Origin: Candidatus Omnitrophota bacterium
GTDB taxonomy: Bacteria; Omnitrophota; Gorgyraeia; 2-01-FULL-45-10
Assembly (NCBI GenBank): GCA_030695905.1
Contig: JAUYOL010000001.1
Location: forward strand, 66,023-130,022
Direction: 5' to 3'
DNA length: 64,000 bases
Shown here: positions 38,956 to 49,313 of the stretch, piece by piece
How the letters are laid out: each line of letters opens with the position of its first letter
Numbering within the stretch: the first letter of the stretch is position 1
The notes under the pieces: generated by a model
The model's database searches: none
What the model was told of the DNA's origin: nothing
What the model saw: the letters and a program-made list of their open reading frames with translations, nothing else
Translations under genes and position numbers: made by a program

Positions 38956-40416
38956 ATGGTGAAAAGTTCTTGGACTTCAGATGATACAAAAACATTAGAT
39001 ATTTTACTGGATTACCAAAATTCTCGAATAGACGCCAATGAGAAATCATCGCAGGAAGAAATAAGAAAGTTATTATTAAAGACAGAAGATGTCATTGACC
39101 TTGCTAATAGCATAATCGCTACTAAAGGGCTTTTGCGAGGAGAAAGAATAATTATTGTTAAAGAAGATGGCAATTCTATAGTCCTAGAAGGCAATCGCAG
39201 AACTTGTGCTTGCCAACTATTACTAAGCCCAGAATTAATTCCAAAAGAATTTAGAACAAAATTCCCTATTTGTCATGACGGAGGGATAAAAAAAGAACTA
39301 GAGCATTTAAAATCTGATATTGCGCCAGATAGATTGGCAGCGGAAATTACTATTACCAAGAGGCATACTGAACCGGGAGTTTCGCAATGGACTCCCATTG
39401 CGAAACAAAGAAGAATTACGCGTCTTGTTGAGGCAAGGAGATCTATTGAAGAGTTAATGTCTGAATTTGGAATGACACGGTCAAACATTTTGAAAACTTT
39501 GAAAGATTATCATATTTTTCAATATGCAAAAAATCTTTCCATTTGGAACAAGGTTGAAAAAGATATTTTGAACGATCCAACTCTCTCAATCAATCCTTTC
39601 ACTCGGTTTTTTGATTTAAAGGGTGTTAAGAAAGCCTTGGAATTGAAACATAAAGAAACTGGCGAATTGGAAATCGAGATAAAAAAAGAACTTTTTGACA
39701 AAATCATAGCTTTTATTGCCCGCGAATTTTTAATTCCCGATAAAGGCACAAGTAAGCTTGGTGCAAATACTCGCACAACGCCAGAAGAGTTGTTTCAAAG
39801 TATTTCTTCACATGATAAAGATATAAGAGCATTTCTAAAAAAGAAGCTAAAATTGGATAATTTGAAGAATAAGGAAAAAGCTAAATCTGGGGCCGAATCA
39901 GCAGAACAAACAGGTACGGCTAGGACTTCAGGTGCAACAGCTTCTACGCAAACATCGGCAAAGTCTGGAAAGTTCTTTGAAAATCTTCCCTGTCCTTTAA
40001 AAGATAACCAGCTATTGTTAGTTGTGAATGAAATATCGGATATAAATTATAAGAAATATCGCCTATCAGCAACCTTTCTTGTAAGAGCTTTAGTTGAAAG
40101 AATCTTGAATCATTGCATCGACAAATATGCGCTTAAGAAACAATTGCTAAAGGAGTTTTACACTAAGCGCAAGGGGTGTAAAGGCATAGAACCAGGGCTA
40201 GAGTTTGTGGTTGATTTTTGTATAAAAAATCATGATCAAATGTTCAATGTAAATACAGTACGAAATATTCTAAGAAAATGGAAAGGGGATAAGGATCTAT
40301 TAGATATTATCATTCATGGTCGTTGGGCCAATCCTAGCATTACAAACCTTGAACATTTCGCATCTCTCATTCGACCTACGGTTGAACAAATTCTTAGCGG
40401 GAATGCTTTGAAATGA
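38956..40416 (+). CDS. ParB/Srx-like N-terminal domain protein with possible HEPN-like C-terminus
   Basis: LLDYQNSR, VLEGNRRTCA; C-terminal LVRALVE...IIH; coupled to Dam gene. Confidence 0.6.
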   Translation: MVKSSWTSDDTKTLDILLDYQNSRIDANEKSSQEEIRKLLLKTEDVIDLANSIIATKGLLRGERIIIVKEDGNSIVLEGNRRTCACQLLLSPELIPKEFRTKFPICHDGGIKKELEHLKSDIAPDRLAAEITITKRHTEPGVSQWTPIAKQRRITRLVEARRSIEELMSEFGMTRSNILKTLKDYHIFQYAKNLSIWNKVEKDILNDPTLSINPFTRFFDLKGVKKALELKHKETGELEIEIKKELFDKIIAFIAREFLIPDKGTSKLGANTRTTPEELFQSISSHDKDIRAFLKKKLKLDNLKNKEKAKSGAESAEQTGTARTSGATASTQTSAKSGKFFENLPCPLKDNQLLLVVNEISDINYKKYRLSATFLVRALVERILNHCIDKYALKKQLLKEFYTKRKGCKGIEPGLEFVVDFCIKNHDQMFNVNTVRNILRKWKGDKDLLDIIIHGRWANPSITNLEHFASLIRPTVEQILSGNALK

Positions 40417-41342
40417 AAATCGAGCAAGAAAATAAAGCTCTGAATAATAAAACAATAACAACCAATCTGAGCCCATTAAGGTATCCAGGTTCAAAGCGGA
40501 AGATAGCTTTGTATATTAGAGAAATCCTTCAACATAACAAGCTAACTCCCGATCTCCTTGTGGAACCATTTGTCGGTGGCGGTAGCATTTCTCTATTTTT
40601 TATTGCCAATAATTTTGTAAAAAAAATTATTATTTCAGATAAAGATAGATTAATTAGCAGTTTTTGGAAGGTAGTTTTTTCTAATCCAGACAGCATCAAC
40701 CGTTTCATTCAACATGTAAAAATTAATCTTAAAAATTTTGATAAGTATAAAAATATCGCAAAAGATACTGAGAATTATAATGAAACTGAATTAGCAAAAG
40801 CATGCATTTTTCTCAACAGAACTAGCTTCTCAGGCGTTTTAGCTAATCCTGCTGGCCCTCTTGGCGGAAGAGAGCAGAGGTCGGACTACAAAATCGATTG
40901 CCGCTTTAATAGAAAAACCATCGTAAAGAAAATTAGTTGCATCGCATCTTTTAAGAGCAGGGTTATTGTTCGTAATGGCCACTGGAAAGATATAATAAAG
41001 TATGCAGAAGGTTGGCGCAAGGATAATAAGGGGTATAAAAAAACATTCATATACCTAGATCCGCCTTTCTATTTAAAAGGAGAAAGTTTATATAGAAATT
41101 ATTTTGAAACCAATCAACACGAAGAACTATCTAAAGAATTGGAGAAAATAACCTGCCCATGGATTTTAAGTTATGATAATGTCTTACAAGTTAGAAAACT
41201 ATATGAGAATTTTAAAAACATCGTTTATATCGACATGCCATATTCAATTAATTCGCATGCTAATAGAATTGAAAAAGAATTGATAATTACTAACTTAAGT
41301 TTGCCCAAGGTAAACGAAATGAGCTTTCATAATAAGCAATGA
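40413..41342 (+). CDS. Dam-family (D12) DNA adenine methyltransferase
   Basis: [37 protein letters not shown]. Confidence 0.92.
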   Translation: MKIEQENKALNNKTITTNLSPLRYPGSKRKIALYIREILQHNKLTPDLLVEPFVGGGSISLFFIANNFVKKIIISDKDRLISSFWKVVFSNPDSINRFIQHVKINLKNFDKYKNIAKDTENYNETELAKACIFLNRTSFSGVLANPAGPLGGREQRSDYKIDCRFNRKTIVKKISCIASFKSRVIVRNGHWKDIIKYAEGWRKDNKGYKKTFIYLDPPFYLKGESLYRNYFETNQHEELSKELEKITCPWILSYDNVLQVRKLYENFKNIVYIDMPYSINSHANRIEKELIITNLSLPKVNEMSFHNKQ

Positions 41343-44300
41343 AAAAAATTACAGAATATGAAATCGAGCAGGTCGCCTTAGATATCCTTTCAGAGCTTAA
41401 ATATAAGGTTATCTACGGGCCGGATATTGCCCCGGATGGGCCGAAGCCAGAGAGACAGAGTTATGCCGATATTGTCCTACTTGTTAGGCTTCGCGAGGCA
41501 ATAAATCAGTTTAATCCTAATATTCCTGCCGAAGCAAAGGATGAAGCAATAAAGCGGATATTACGGACTGAAAGCCCTGACCTTGTAATAAATAATCATC
41601 GCTTTCACAAGATGCTTGTTGATGGTGTTGATGTAGAATATCGCAAAGACGGCCGGATTACCGGCGATAAGGTATGGCTCTTCGACTTTGCAAATCCGAA
41701 TAATAATGAATTCTTAGCGATTAACCAGTTTACCATTATCGAAAATAATATTAATCGCAGGCCTGATATTATTCTCTTTGTGAATGGTCTGCCGATCGTG
41801 GTAATAGAGCTAAAAAATCCGGCTGATGAAAATGCCACTACCTTAACCGCTTTCAAACAATTCCAAACGTATAAACTCCAGATACCCTCTCTTTTTAAGT
41901 TTAACGAGATTTTAGTCGCAAGCGATGGTATTGACGCAAAAGCTGGGACGATAACCTCTGACTGGGAGCGATTCTTGCCATGGAAGACGATCGATGGCAC
42001 CGAGAAGGCATCAAAGGTAATGCCACAGATAGAGGTTTTATTAAAAGGCATGTTTAATAAAAAGGTTTTGCTCGATCTTATCCGGTACTTCGTCGTCTTC
42101 GAGCAGGATAAGGATACTAAAGACAATACGGTTAAAATTTCAAAGAAGATTGCGGCTTATCATCAATATCATGCCGTTAATAAAGCCATCGACGCTACTA
42201 TTAAGGCATCCCGAGCCAGGGGTGATAAGCGTTGCGGTGTAGTTTGGCACACACAGGGTTCGGGCAAAAGCCTTATTATGGCCTTTTATACGGGTAAACT
42301 TGTTTTGAGTTTGGACAATCCCACAGTAGTTGTCTTAACCGATAGAAATGACTTAGATGATCAGCTCTTCGGCACATTCTCCCGATGCAATGAATTGTTG
42401 CGACAAGCGCCAGCGCAAGCAGAATCTCGTGCAAAACTGCAAGAATATCTTAAAGTTTCATCCGGCGGCATTGTATTTACCACTATTCAAAAATTCTTCC
42501 CGGAAGAAAAAGGCGACCAATACCCTCTTCTATCCGAACGTCGTAATATAATTGTCATCGCCGATGAGGCTCACAGAAGCCAGTATGATTTTATTGATGG
42601 TTTTGCCAAGCACATGCGCGACGCCCTACCAAATGCTTCATTTATCGGATTTACTGGCACACCCATAGAACGACACGATCGTAACACTATTGCTGTCTTT
42701 GGTGATTACATTGATATTTATGATATTGAGCAGGCAGTTAACGATGGCGCTACAGTTCGGATATACTACGAGAGCCGGCTTGCTATGCTTGAGCTAAAGG
42801 ATGAGGAACGGCCTAAGATTGATCCCGAGTTTGAAGAAGTCACTGAAGGCGAAGAGTTCAAGAAAAAGGAAAAGCTGAAGACCAGATGGGCCCGGCTTGA
42901 AGCCATTGTTGGAAGTGAAAAGCGTATTAAGCAGATCGCCAAAGATATAGTGAATCATTTCGAAAGCCGTCTTACGGCTGTCGAGGGTAAAGGTATGATT
43001 GTCTGTATGAGCCGGCGAATAGCAATTGATCTTCATAATGAAATTATTAAGCTAAGACCTCAATGGTATAACAAAGATGATGACAAGGGCTTCCTAAAGG
43101 TTATTATGACGGGCTCTGCCAGCGACCCTGTCGAGTGGCAAGAACATATCAGAAATAAACAAAGGCGCAGGGATATTGGTGATCGTATGAAAGATCCAAG
43201 CGATCCGCTGAAATTAGCAATCGTGCGGGATATGTGGCTTACAGGATTTGATGCACCGTCGCTTCATACAATGTATATAGACAAGCCAATGCGGGGCCAC
43301 GGTCTTATGCAAGCTATTGCGCGCGTAAATCGTGTATTTAAGGATAAGCCGGGTGGTCTTGTAGTCGATTATTTAGGTATAGCCGATGATTTAAAGCGTG
43401 CGCTCGCAGAGTATACAGAAAGCGGCGGTAAAGGCAAGCCAGCGTTTAAGCAAGAAGACGCGGTGGCTTTAATGCTCGAGAAATATGAAGTCGTTTGTGG
43501 GATGTTTGATAAATTCAATTATAAAAAATTCTTTCCCGCCCCTGTAAAAGACAAGATGTCTATTATAACACTGGCACAGGAGCACATATTAAAGCAGAAA
43601 AATGGCAAGGAGCGATTGATGGCCTATGTGACACAACTCTCGCAGGCCTTCGCGCTTTCGGTACCGCATAAAGAGGCCTTAAAAATAAGGGATGACGTGG
43701 GATTCTTTCAAGCAGTCCGGGCCCGGCTGGCAAAGTATGAGACCGGCACAGGCAAAACCGAAGAAGATCTCGACTCGGCAATAAAGCAAATTATCTCAAA
43801 GGCTATCATTTCGGACAAAGTAATTGATATATTCGAAGCAGCCGGTCTTAAGAAGCCGGACATTTCTATTCTGTCGGACGAATTTTTGGCCGAAGTTAAA
43901 GGGATGCCACATAAGAACCTTGCCTTCGAACTTTTAAAGAAATTACTCAATGATGAAATCAGGACGAGATCTCGCAAAAATCTTATTCAGGGCCGATCAT
44001 TCGCTGAAATGCTCGAGAAGGCCATTAAGAAGTACCAGAATAAGGCCATAGAAGCAGCCAAAGTCATCGAAGAACTGATTGAGCTTGCCAAAAAGATGCG
44101 CGAGGCCGATAAGCGTGGCGAAGATCTCGGGCTGAATGAGGACGAGATTGCGTTTTACGATGCTCTGGAGGTTAATGACAGCGCTGTAAAGGTATTAGGA
44201 GACGAGATCTTAAAAACTATTGCCCGGGAGCTCGTTCAGACGGTTCGTAATAATGTTAGTATCGACTGGACCTTAAAGGAAAGCATTCAGGCAAAGCTAC

Positions 44301-44932
44301 GGGTTATGGTAAAAAGGATATTACGCAAGCACGGCTACCCTCCGGATAAGGAAAAGAAAGCCACCGAGACTGTTTTAGAGCAGGCTACCTTATTAGGCAA
44401 GGACTGGGCCGAGAAACCAGAAGAATCCGTAGAAAAATCAGATCTATTCTTTAGCGATGTGATCGATAAGGCGACTTTCGAAGAGGATTATTTGCCTATT
44501 TATGATTTGCAGGCGGTTGCGACATCGTTCCGAGAGCAAACCACACCAACAATTAAAGGCTGGAAGCCGATAAAGGGCCGTAATATTAATAAAGATATGT
44601 TTATCGCTCAGGTTGTCGGTAAATCTATGGAGCCAACGATACAAGATGGCAGCTGGTGTATTTTCCGTTTTGATCGTGGCGGTTCGCGCAATGGTTTGGT
44701 AGTGCTTGCCGAATCGCGGTTAGTATCTGATCCGGAAACGAGTCAAAACTTTACCATTAAGCGCTACAAGAGCGAAAAAGAAGATCTCGGCCAGGGCCAG
44801 TGGAGACATAAACGTATTACCCTATCGCCGGACAATAAGACTTTTAACGATATTGTGCTTGAAAACGTTGCCGGTGACGATTTTCGGATTGTAGCTGAAT
44901 TTATAGAGATATTGAAGATTAGGAGTATTTGA
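41339..44932 (+). CDS. hsdR: Type I R-M restriction subunit with C-terminal S24 peptidase-like domain
   Basis: PD..IELK nuclease, [28 protein letters not shown]3387-like tail (YPPD), then VVGKSMEP...TIKRY. Confidence 0.95.
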   Translation: MKKITEYEIEQVALDILSELKYKVIYGPDIAPDGPKPERQSYADIVLLVRLREAINQFNPNIPAEAKDEAIKRILRTESPDLVINNHRFHKMLVDGVDVEYRKDGRITGDKVWLFDFANPNNNEFLAINQFTIIENNINRRPDIILFVNGLPIVVIELKNPADENATTLTAFKQFQTYKLQIPSLFKFNEILVASDGIDAKAGTITSDWERFLPWKTIDGTEKASKVMPQIEVLLKGMFNKKVLLDLIRYFVVFEQDKDTKDNTVKISKKIAAYHQYHAVNKAIDATIKASRARGDKRCGVVWHTQGSGKSLIMAFYTGKLVLSLDNPTVVVLTDRNDLDDQLFGTFSRCNELLRQAPAQAESRAKLQEYLKVSSGGIVFTTIQKFFPEEKGDQYPLLSERRNIIVIADEAHRSQYDFIDGFAKHMRDALPNASFIGFTGTPIERHDRNTIAVFGDYIDIYDIEQAVNDGATVRIYYESRLAMLELKDEERPKIDPEFEEVTEGEEFKKKEKLKTRWARLEAIVGSEKRIKQIAKDIVNHFESRLTAVEGKGMIVCMSRRIAIDLHNEIIKLRPQWYNKDDDKGFLKVIMTGSASDPVEWQEHIRNKQRRRDIGDRMKDPSDPLKLAIVRDMWLTGFDAPSLHTMYIDKPMRGHGLMQAIARVNRVFKDKPGGLVVDYLGIADDLKRALAEYTESGGKGKPAFKQEDAVALMLEKYEVVCGMFDKFNYKKFFPAPVKDKMSIITLAQEHILKQKNGKERLMAYVTQLSQAFALSVPHKEALKIRDDVGFFQAVRARLAKYETGTGKTEEDLDSAIKQIISKAIISDKVIDIFEAAGLKKPDISILSDEFLAEVKGMPHKNLAFELLKKLLNDEIRTRSRKNLIQGRSFAEMLEKAIKKYQNKAIEAAKVIEELIELAKKMREADKRGEDLGLNEDEIAFYDALEVNDSAVKVLGDEILKTIARELVQTVRNNVSIDWTLKESIQAKLRVMVKRILRKHGYPPDKEKKATETVLEQATLLGKDWAEKPEESVEKSDLFFSDVIDKATFEEDYLPIYDLQAVATSFREQTTPTIKGWKPIKGRNINKDMFIAQVVGKSMEPTIQDGSWCIFRFDRGGSRNGLVVLAESRLVSDPETSQNFTIKRYKSEKEDLGQGQWRHKRITLSPDNKTFNDIVLENVAGDDFRIVAEFIEILKIRSI

Positions 44933-45013
44933 CCAAGGGTGATTAGATAGGTGCCTTGAAAGATAGTGGGAAACGTATCGAGTAAAATATTTGTAGCCAA
45001 AAGGTATATTTTC

Positions 45014-46768
45014 ATGACAATGGTTGCAGTATGTCTTTTCAAAGAAGGTGGCGTATTAATCTCCGATTCTCGGGCAACCAAGGATAATAATGGTAAATAC
45101 GCATTTAGCGATACTCTTCAAAAAATTCTCTACATTCGCAAAAATATTGCTCTTTCATATGCAGGTGACGTTCAAATTGCCGGAGATGTTGCAAGAGAAG
45201 TACGGTTAAAGGTTATCGGAGATGACAATCTTAAAGAGCCGCAAACCCTAGCGGCGAAAATACCGACAATTGCCACCCTATCATATCTCAAATATGTATT
45301 TATTAGAGGTAGGCCCTGCGCTGTATATTTACTGCTGGCAGGAGTTGATTCTTCGGGAAAAACATATGCATGGGTTTTTAAGTCACCCGGTTTTAAACCA
45401 ATAAAGATTGAAAATGGTTTCGATGTAATTGGTTCGGGAGAGGTAGTTGTTCCATATTTGGAAAAAAGTTATAAAAATATAGATAGCTCCCATAACGATC
45501 TTAAGTCTAAAGCAGATGCATTAATAGTCGGGCTTGAGAGTGAGCTACAAAAACACGATGTAAACACAGTCGGTGGACTTTTTCAGGTTGTTCTTCTTAC
45601 CCCCGAAGGAATACGTCCCCTTCGTTATGGGTTCATGGACTTAGATCCACTTAAAAGTGGTGATGCAAAAAGTATGGAATTGATCAAGGGGAAATGGACA
45701 CAGACAAATGAGGCAACGCGAGAAAAAGTAGAGCTTTTAGAACCATCTAAACTTGTCACCAATGTTTTTAAAGAGACGCAATTTCATGAATATGCGCCAC
45801 CCAATCAGGATAAAAAAATTCCAAAATGGTATTCATACTATTTTATTACATGTTCAAAAGTCAAAAGGGATATTACTACGACAGAATTTCAGGGTGTATT
45901 AACACAAATAGCCAGTTTAAGATATCCGGCCACTATACCCATTATTGCATCCATGGGATTTTGGGGTACTGCCGGTGAGAATCAAATAGAATTGCGAGTG
46001 GAAAAAGACGGAAAACAAGAAACGATTTATTCCAAAAAAATCCATACAGAATATTTACCCGAAATAGTTGAATTGGATGCAGAAATAAAGCTTGTTATTA
46101 GTTCGCCAGGGCCCGCATTCTTAGAGTTCTTAATTAATAAGCAGGTTCTTGCTAGAAAAGCTCTTTATTTTGGCAATCTCAACGGCATTCCAAAATCCGA
46201 TGGGGATAAAGAAGAATTTCTCAGAGAGCGTCAATCACAGCTCACAGAGGAACACCGACAACTTTCGGATGCTTTTTTGAATGACAAAAATTCTGTTACT
46301 GAATATTTCGTCTTATGTGAGAACTGCATTCATGAGGGAAATGTAATTAAATTTATCAATGAAATGAAAGCGGTTTATTGGAAATCATACCCGCTACCTT
46401 TACGGGTATATATTGCTAGTGCAATCAGAATGCCAAAAGGCAAACATAGTATCCGCATAGAGTTAGTGAATGCGGCGACTCGATATAACTCAAACATAAC
46501 AAACACTACTGTAGAAAACACATCCGATTGCTTAGTTACTCCTATCCATGGCGAAATGGTTGTGAATATACCAGAGCCCGGTATTTATTTTTTCAATCTA
46601 TACGTTGATGGCAAATTTATTACAAGTGCGCTTCTTCCAGCGGAGCTCTCGAAAGCCAAATATTCTTACAGTCTGACAGATGAGGGAGAAAAAATGGTTG
46701 AGTCTGGAGAGTTAATAATTTTGCCAAGACGGTCTATTTTAGAAAGCGAAATAAAGAATAACAAATAA
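45014..46768 (+). CDS. Proteasome-beta-like Ntn hydrolase fused to two Ig-like (DUF6941-like) repeats
   Basis: Start MT..., SDSRAT, QKI, AGD, IGSG, TVGG; two repeats YFxxC...YP...PG.(Y/A). Confidence 0.65.
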   Translation: MTMVAVCLFKEGGVLISDSRATKDNNGKYAFSDTLQKILYIRKNIALSYAGDVQIAGDVAREVRLKVIGDDNLKEPQTLAAKIPTIATLSYLKYVFIRGRPCAVYLLLAGVDSSGKTYAWVFKSPGFKPIKIENGFDVIGSGEVVVPYLEKSYKNIDSSHNDLKSKADALIVGLESELQKHDVNTVGGLFQVVLLTPEGIRPLRYGFMDLDPLKSGDAKSMELIKGKWTQTNEATREKVELLEPSKLVTNVFKETQFHEYAPPNQDKKIPKWYSYYFITCSKVKRDITTTEFQGVLTQIASLRYPATIPIIASMGFWGTAGENQIELRVEKDGKQETIYSKKIHTEYLPEIVELDAEIKLVISSPGPAFLEFLINKQVLARKALYFGNLNGIPKSDGDKEEFLRERQSQLTEEHRQLSDAFLNDKNSVTEYFVLCENCIHEGNVIKFINEMKAVYWKSYPLPLRVYIASAIRMPKGKHSIRIELVNAATRYNSNITNTTVENTSDCLVTPIHGEMVVNIPEPGIYFFNLYVDGKFITSALLPAELSKAKYSYSLTDEGEKMVESGELIILPRRSILESEIKNNK

Positions 46769-46840
46769 AATCACCCCCCCCAATCAACTTTTCTTATGCG
46801 CGCATTTATATACAGCGAACGATGCATAATAATTTAAATG

Positions 46841-46878
46841 TTTACGGGTCCTTGGAAGGCGGGTCGGGCGCGGCACAA
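46841..46878 (+). other. cos-like site, copy 2 (12-nt spacer deletion)
   Basis: TTACGGGTCCTTGGAAGG identical to 30899-30916, then CGGGTCGGGCGCGGCAC. Confidence 0.6.
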
Positions 46879-47056
46879 ATATTTATTAAAATAGAGACAG
46901 CGCCGTTTTTCAAAAATAAATAGTCGCTGGCCCTATTTTCAGTTAATGAAGTCTAACCAATGGGAATAGTGACCGGACGCTATTCGGACACCGGTAATTG
47001 CATGTTATATATTCACAAAGTCAGGTTAGTAGTGTATAATATAATTGAGGTGAAAA

Positions 47057-47755
47057 ATGGGCAAGGTATACAAAAATGCTCCATTAGTTGAAGCGGTTTT
47101 TGAAATGCGCTTTCCCGCTGATCTAAACATAGAATGCGCCAGATCAAATTTCTATGAGAGCATAAAAAAGGATTTTCCTAACATCTTTGTCCCGAATGCT
47201 CAATTCGGACAGGCGCTTGCGCTACAACCATATGAGTTTAAGAGCGCGGATCATAAGAAAGTCATACGTTTTTCAATAAATAGCTTCGCTTTCCATACGA
47301 GTGATTACTCAGGCGGGTTTGAGCTATTCGAAGAAGAGTGTCTTAAATACATTAATCTGTTCATAAAATTCTTTAAAATCTCTACATTGAACCGCATGGG
47401 TCTTCGTTATATTAACAGAATAGCTATTATGCGCAAAGATGGCTTAATACCAATCGGTGAATACTTAAACTTTGGTTTTGAACTGCCGGACAGCATGTCA
47501 AGCGATCCAGAGATATTTCATGCGTTGCTTATTAACAAAGTGGGTGATGGTAAGTTGCGAACTCTTATTCAATATCAAGAAGTACCGCCCAAGAACGAAG
47601 TAATACTGTTAGATTTCGATTATTACTACGAGGACAAAATAAAGGCTATAGATTTCCCTAAATATCTTACGCAGGCGCATAAGCATATAAAAGAGGATGT
47701 GTTCAAGAAATTGATAAGCGAAAATTATATGAAAGCGTTAGAGGCTAAAGGATGA
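47057..47755 (+). CDS. TIGR04255-family protein
   Basis: YKNAPLVEAVFEMRF, RMGLRYINRI, LLDFD. Confidence 0.8.
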   Translation: MGKVYKNAPLVEAVFEMRFPADLNIECARSNFYESIKKDFPNIFVPNAQFGQALALQPYEFKSADHKKVIRFSINSFAFHTSDYSGGFELFEEECLKYINLFIKFFKISTLNRMGLRYINRIAIMRKDGLIPIGEYLNFGFELPDSMSSDPEIFHALLINKVGDGKLRTLIQYQEVPPKNEVILLDFDYYYEDKIKAIDFPKYLTQAHKHIKEDVFKKLISENYMKALEAKG

Positions 47756-48264
47756 TAAAGACAATATCTGCTACTTTTCACGGCGAAGACTATACGAAAT
47801 TAGCAAGAAATCTATCTTTCAGGGTAGAAGAAAATGCTGTGCCTGCAGGGGTTAAGTTGGATAGAAATGTCTTTGAAGAGGTGTTGGATTTAATGCGCGT
47901 TGAATATCAGAAGCCTGATGACGTGATGCCTGCTAAGCCAGATGCGCTGTCATTGGACTGTATTGTACCCGACGCAGTTTTTACGGTAAATCAGAGCGTT
48001 TTTACATATCCTATTTTTTCATTACCACACTGCCAACTAAAGCACCCTATACAGATTGTCATTGAAGCAAAAGAGGACGGTAATGTTATTGTTTGGAGCG
48101 ATGAGTTCGAGTTGTCGGGCTTGGGCGGAACAAAGGAAGAAGCGCTTGCGGATTTCAGTTCTTTTGTATTCTCTGATCGTAATTCATTAAGAAAGATACC
48201 GACGGATAAACTTAGTGATGGCGCGAAAGATTTATTGCGTAGATATGAAGAATATTTAGAATAG
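47752..48264 (+). CDS. Hypothetical protein with HicB-like C-terminal domain
   Basis: VWSDEFELSGLGGTKEEALADF resembles the HicB G.T.EEA motif. Confidence 0.55.
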   Translation: MIKTISATFHGEDYTKLARNLSFRVEENAVPAGVKLDRNVFEEVLDLMRVEYQKPDDVMPAKPDALSLDCIVPDAVFTVNQSVFTYPIFSLPHCQLKHPIQIVIEAKEDGNVIVWSDEFELSGLGGTKEEALADFSSFVFSDRNSLRKIPTDKLSDGAKDLLRRYEEYLE

Positions 48265-48266
48265 CA

Positions 48267-48554
48267 ATGCAGATAAAGAAAAAGATAATTGAACGAGGAT
48301 TGTTAGGCAAAGGGTTTGCCCAAGATAACACCGATCACGAGATATTAAGGTTAGTGGTAGACGGCAAAACTACTAAAGTAAGAACAAAGCTTTCCTTCGG
48401 CTCTAAGTATAAAGATTATGGTGATACGCTATTAGATTGCGTAAAGAAACAGCTTCACTTTGGGACTAAGACGCAACTTGTTAGATTGATAGATTGTACG
48501 ACAAGGCATGAGGAGTATGTAGCGTATCTCAGAACACTTGGCGTATGTCTCTAA
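48267..48554 (+). CDS. HicA-like small toxin candidate
   Basis: LLGKGF...DH...VRTKLSFG...KQL; 95 aa basic protein after the HicB-like gene. Confidence 0.55.
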   Translation: MQIKKKIIERGLLGKGFAQDNTDHEILRLVVDGKTTKVRTKLSFGSKYKDYGDTLLDCVKKQLHFGTKTQLVRLIDCTTRHEEYVAYLRTLGVCL

Positions 48555-48578
48555 ATAAATAATAAAAGCGAATAATAG

Positions 48579-48603
48579 GCAACCCGAGGGGTTGCTTTTT
48601 TAT
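48579..48603 (+). terminator. Intrinsic terminator
   Basis: GCAACCC-GAG-GGGTTGC followed by T-tract. Confidence 0.75.
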
Positions 48604-48855
48604 TGTATTCAAAAATAAATAATCGATAGTCCTATTTTTTATTTGACCTACCTGAAATATCGCGATTTTCCCGTTTAAAGCCAATCCCCATTATTGCTAC
48701 TCCGTAGCAACGACCCCATTGTCAAAATAATTCGTTATTGTAAGATAGGTATAGAAACACATAGGTTGAATTTGTCCATTTTGTGGTAACGACCCTATTG
48801 CAAAAGAAACCTGCTGTTGTAGAATTGTGATGAGGCGGGGTTTTTCTTTTTTTAT

Positions 48856-49067
48856 CCCCGACACTTTAACAGGAAAACCGGTATATACGTTGTAGGAGGG
48901 GGCATTTGAGCGAAAAAATCTGTATATACGTTTTGAGAAATAATTGCGGAAACCCCGACATTTTAGCAGGAAAACCGGAATATACGTTATAGGCGCGGAT
49001 GAAGAAAGTGAAAAAAGTGAAAATATTTCCGGCACTTTTGCATAAAACGTCGTATATAGCTAGTAGG
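48856..49067 (+). repeat. Direct repeats upstream of the replication operon
   Basis: 41-bp units at 48856-48896 and 48953-48993 (4 mismatches); degenerate units near 48901-48937 and 49029-49067. Confidence 0.8.
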
Positions 49068-49077
49068 AGGCATTGAA

Positions 49078-49311
49078 ATGGTGACCGGGAAGCATTTTGA
49101 AGCGGGAAACCTCTATCTGGCTACGTATCTTTTCTTTTGCGGGTTTGCTATGAAGGGGATTGCGGGATCGGGCCGGCTTAAGAGGATCCTGTTTGACGAT
49201 ATCCCTGCCGTGCATAAGGCCTGTGAGGAGTTTTACGCCGATTCAGACGCGCGCAAGTTGTTTGACTGTTACCGGAGGGTAAAGGATTACTTATTTCAGA
49301 ACGGAGTTTAA
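49078..49311 (+). CDS. Small phage-type protein (DUF5659-like)
   Basis: AGGAGG RBS; NLYLATYL...GF...YRRVKDYLF pattern. Confidence 0.65.
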   Translation: MVTGKHFEAGNLYLATYLFFCGFAMKGIAGSGRLKRILFDDIPAVHKACEEFYADSDARKLFDCYRRVKDYLFQNGV

Positions 49312-49313
49312 CG

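Noticed and set aside
48697-49035. Minus-strand 112-aa ORF
   Set aside because: Lies over a low-complexity regulatory repeat region with no recognisable domain
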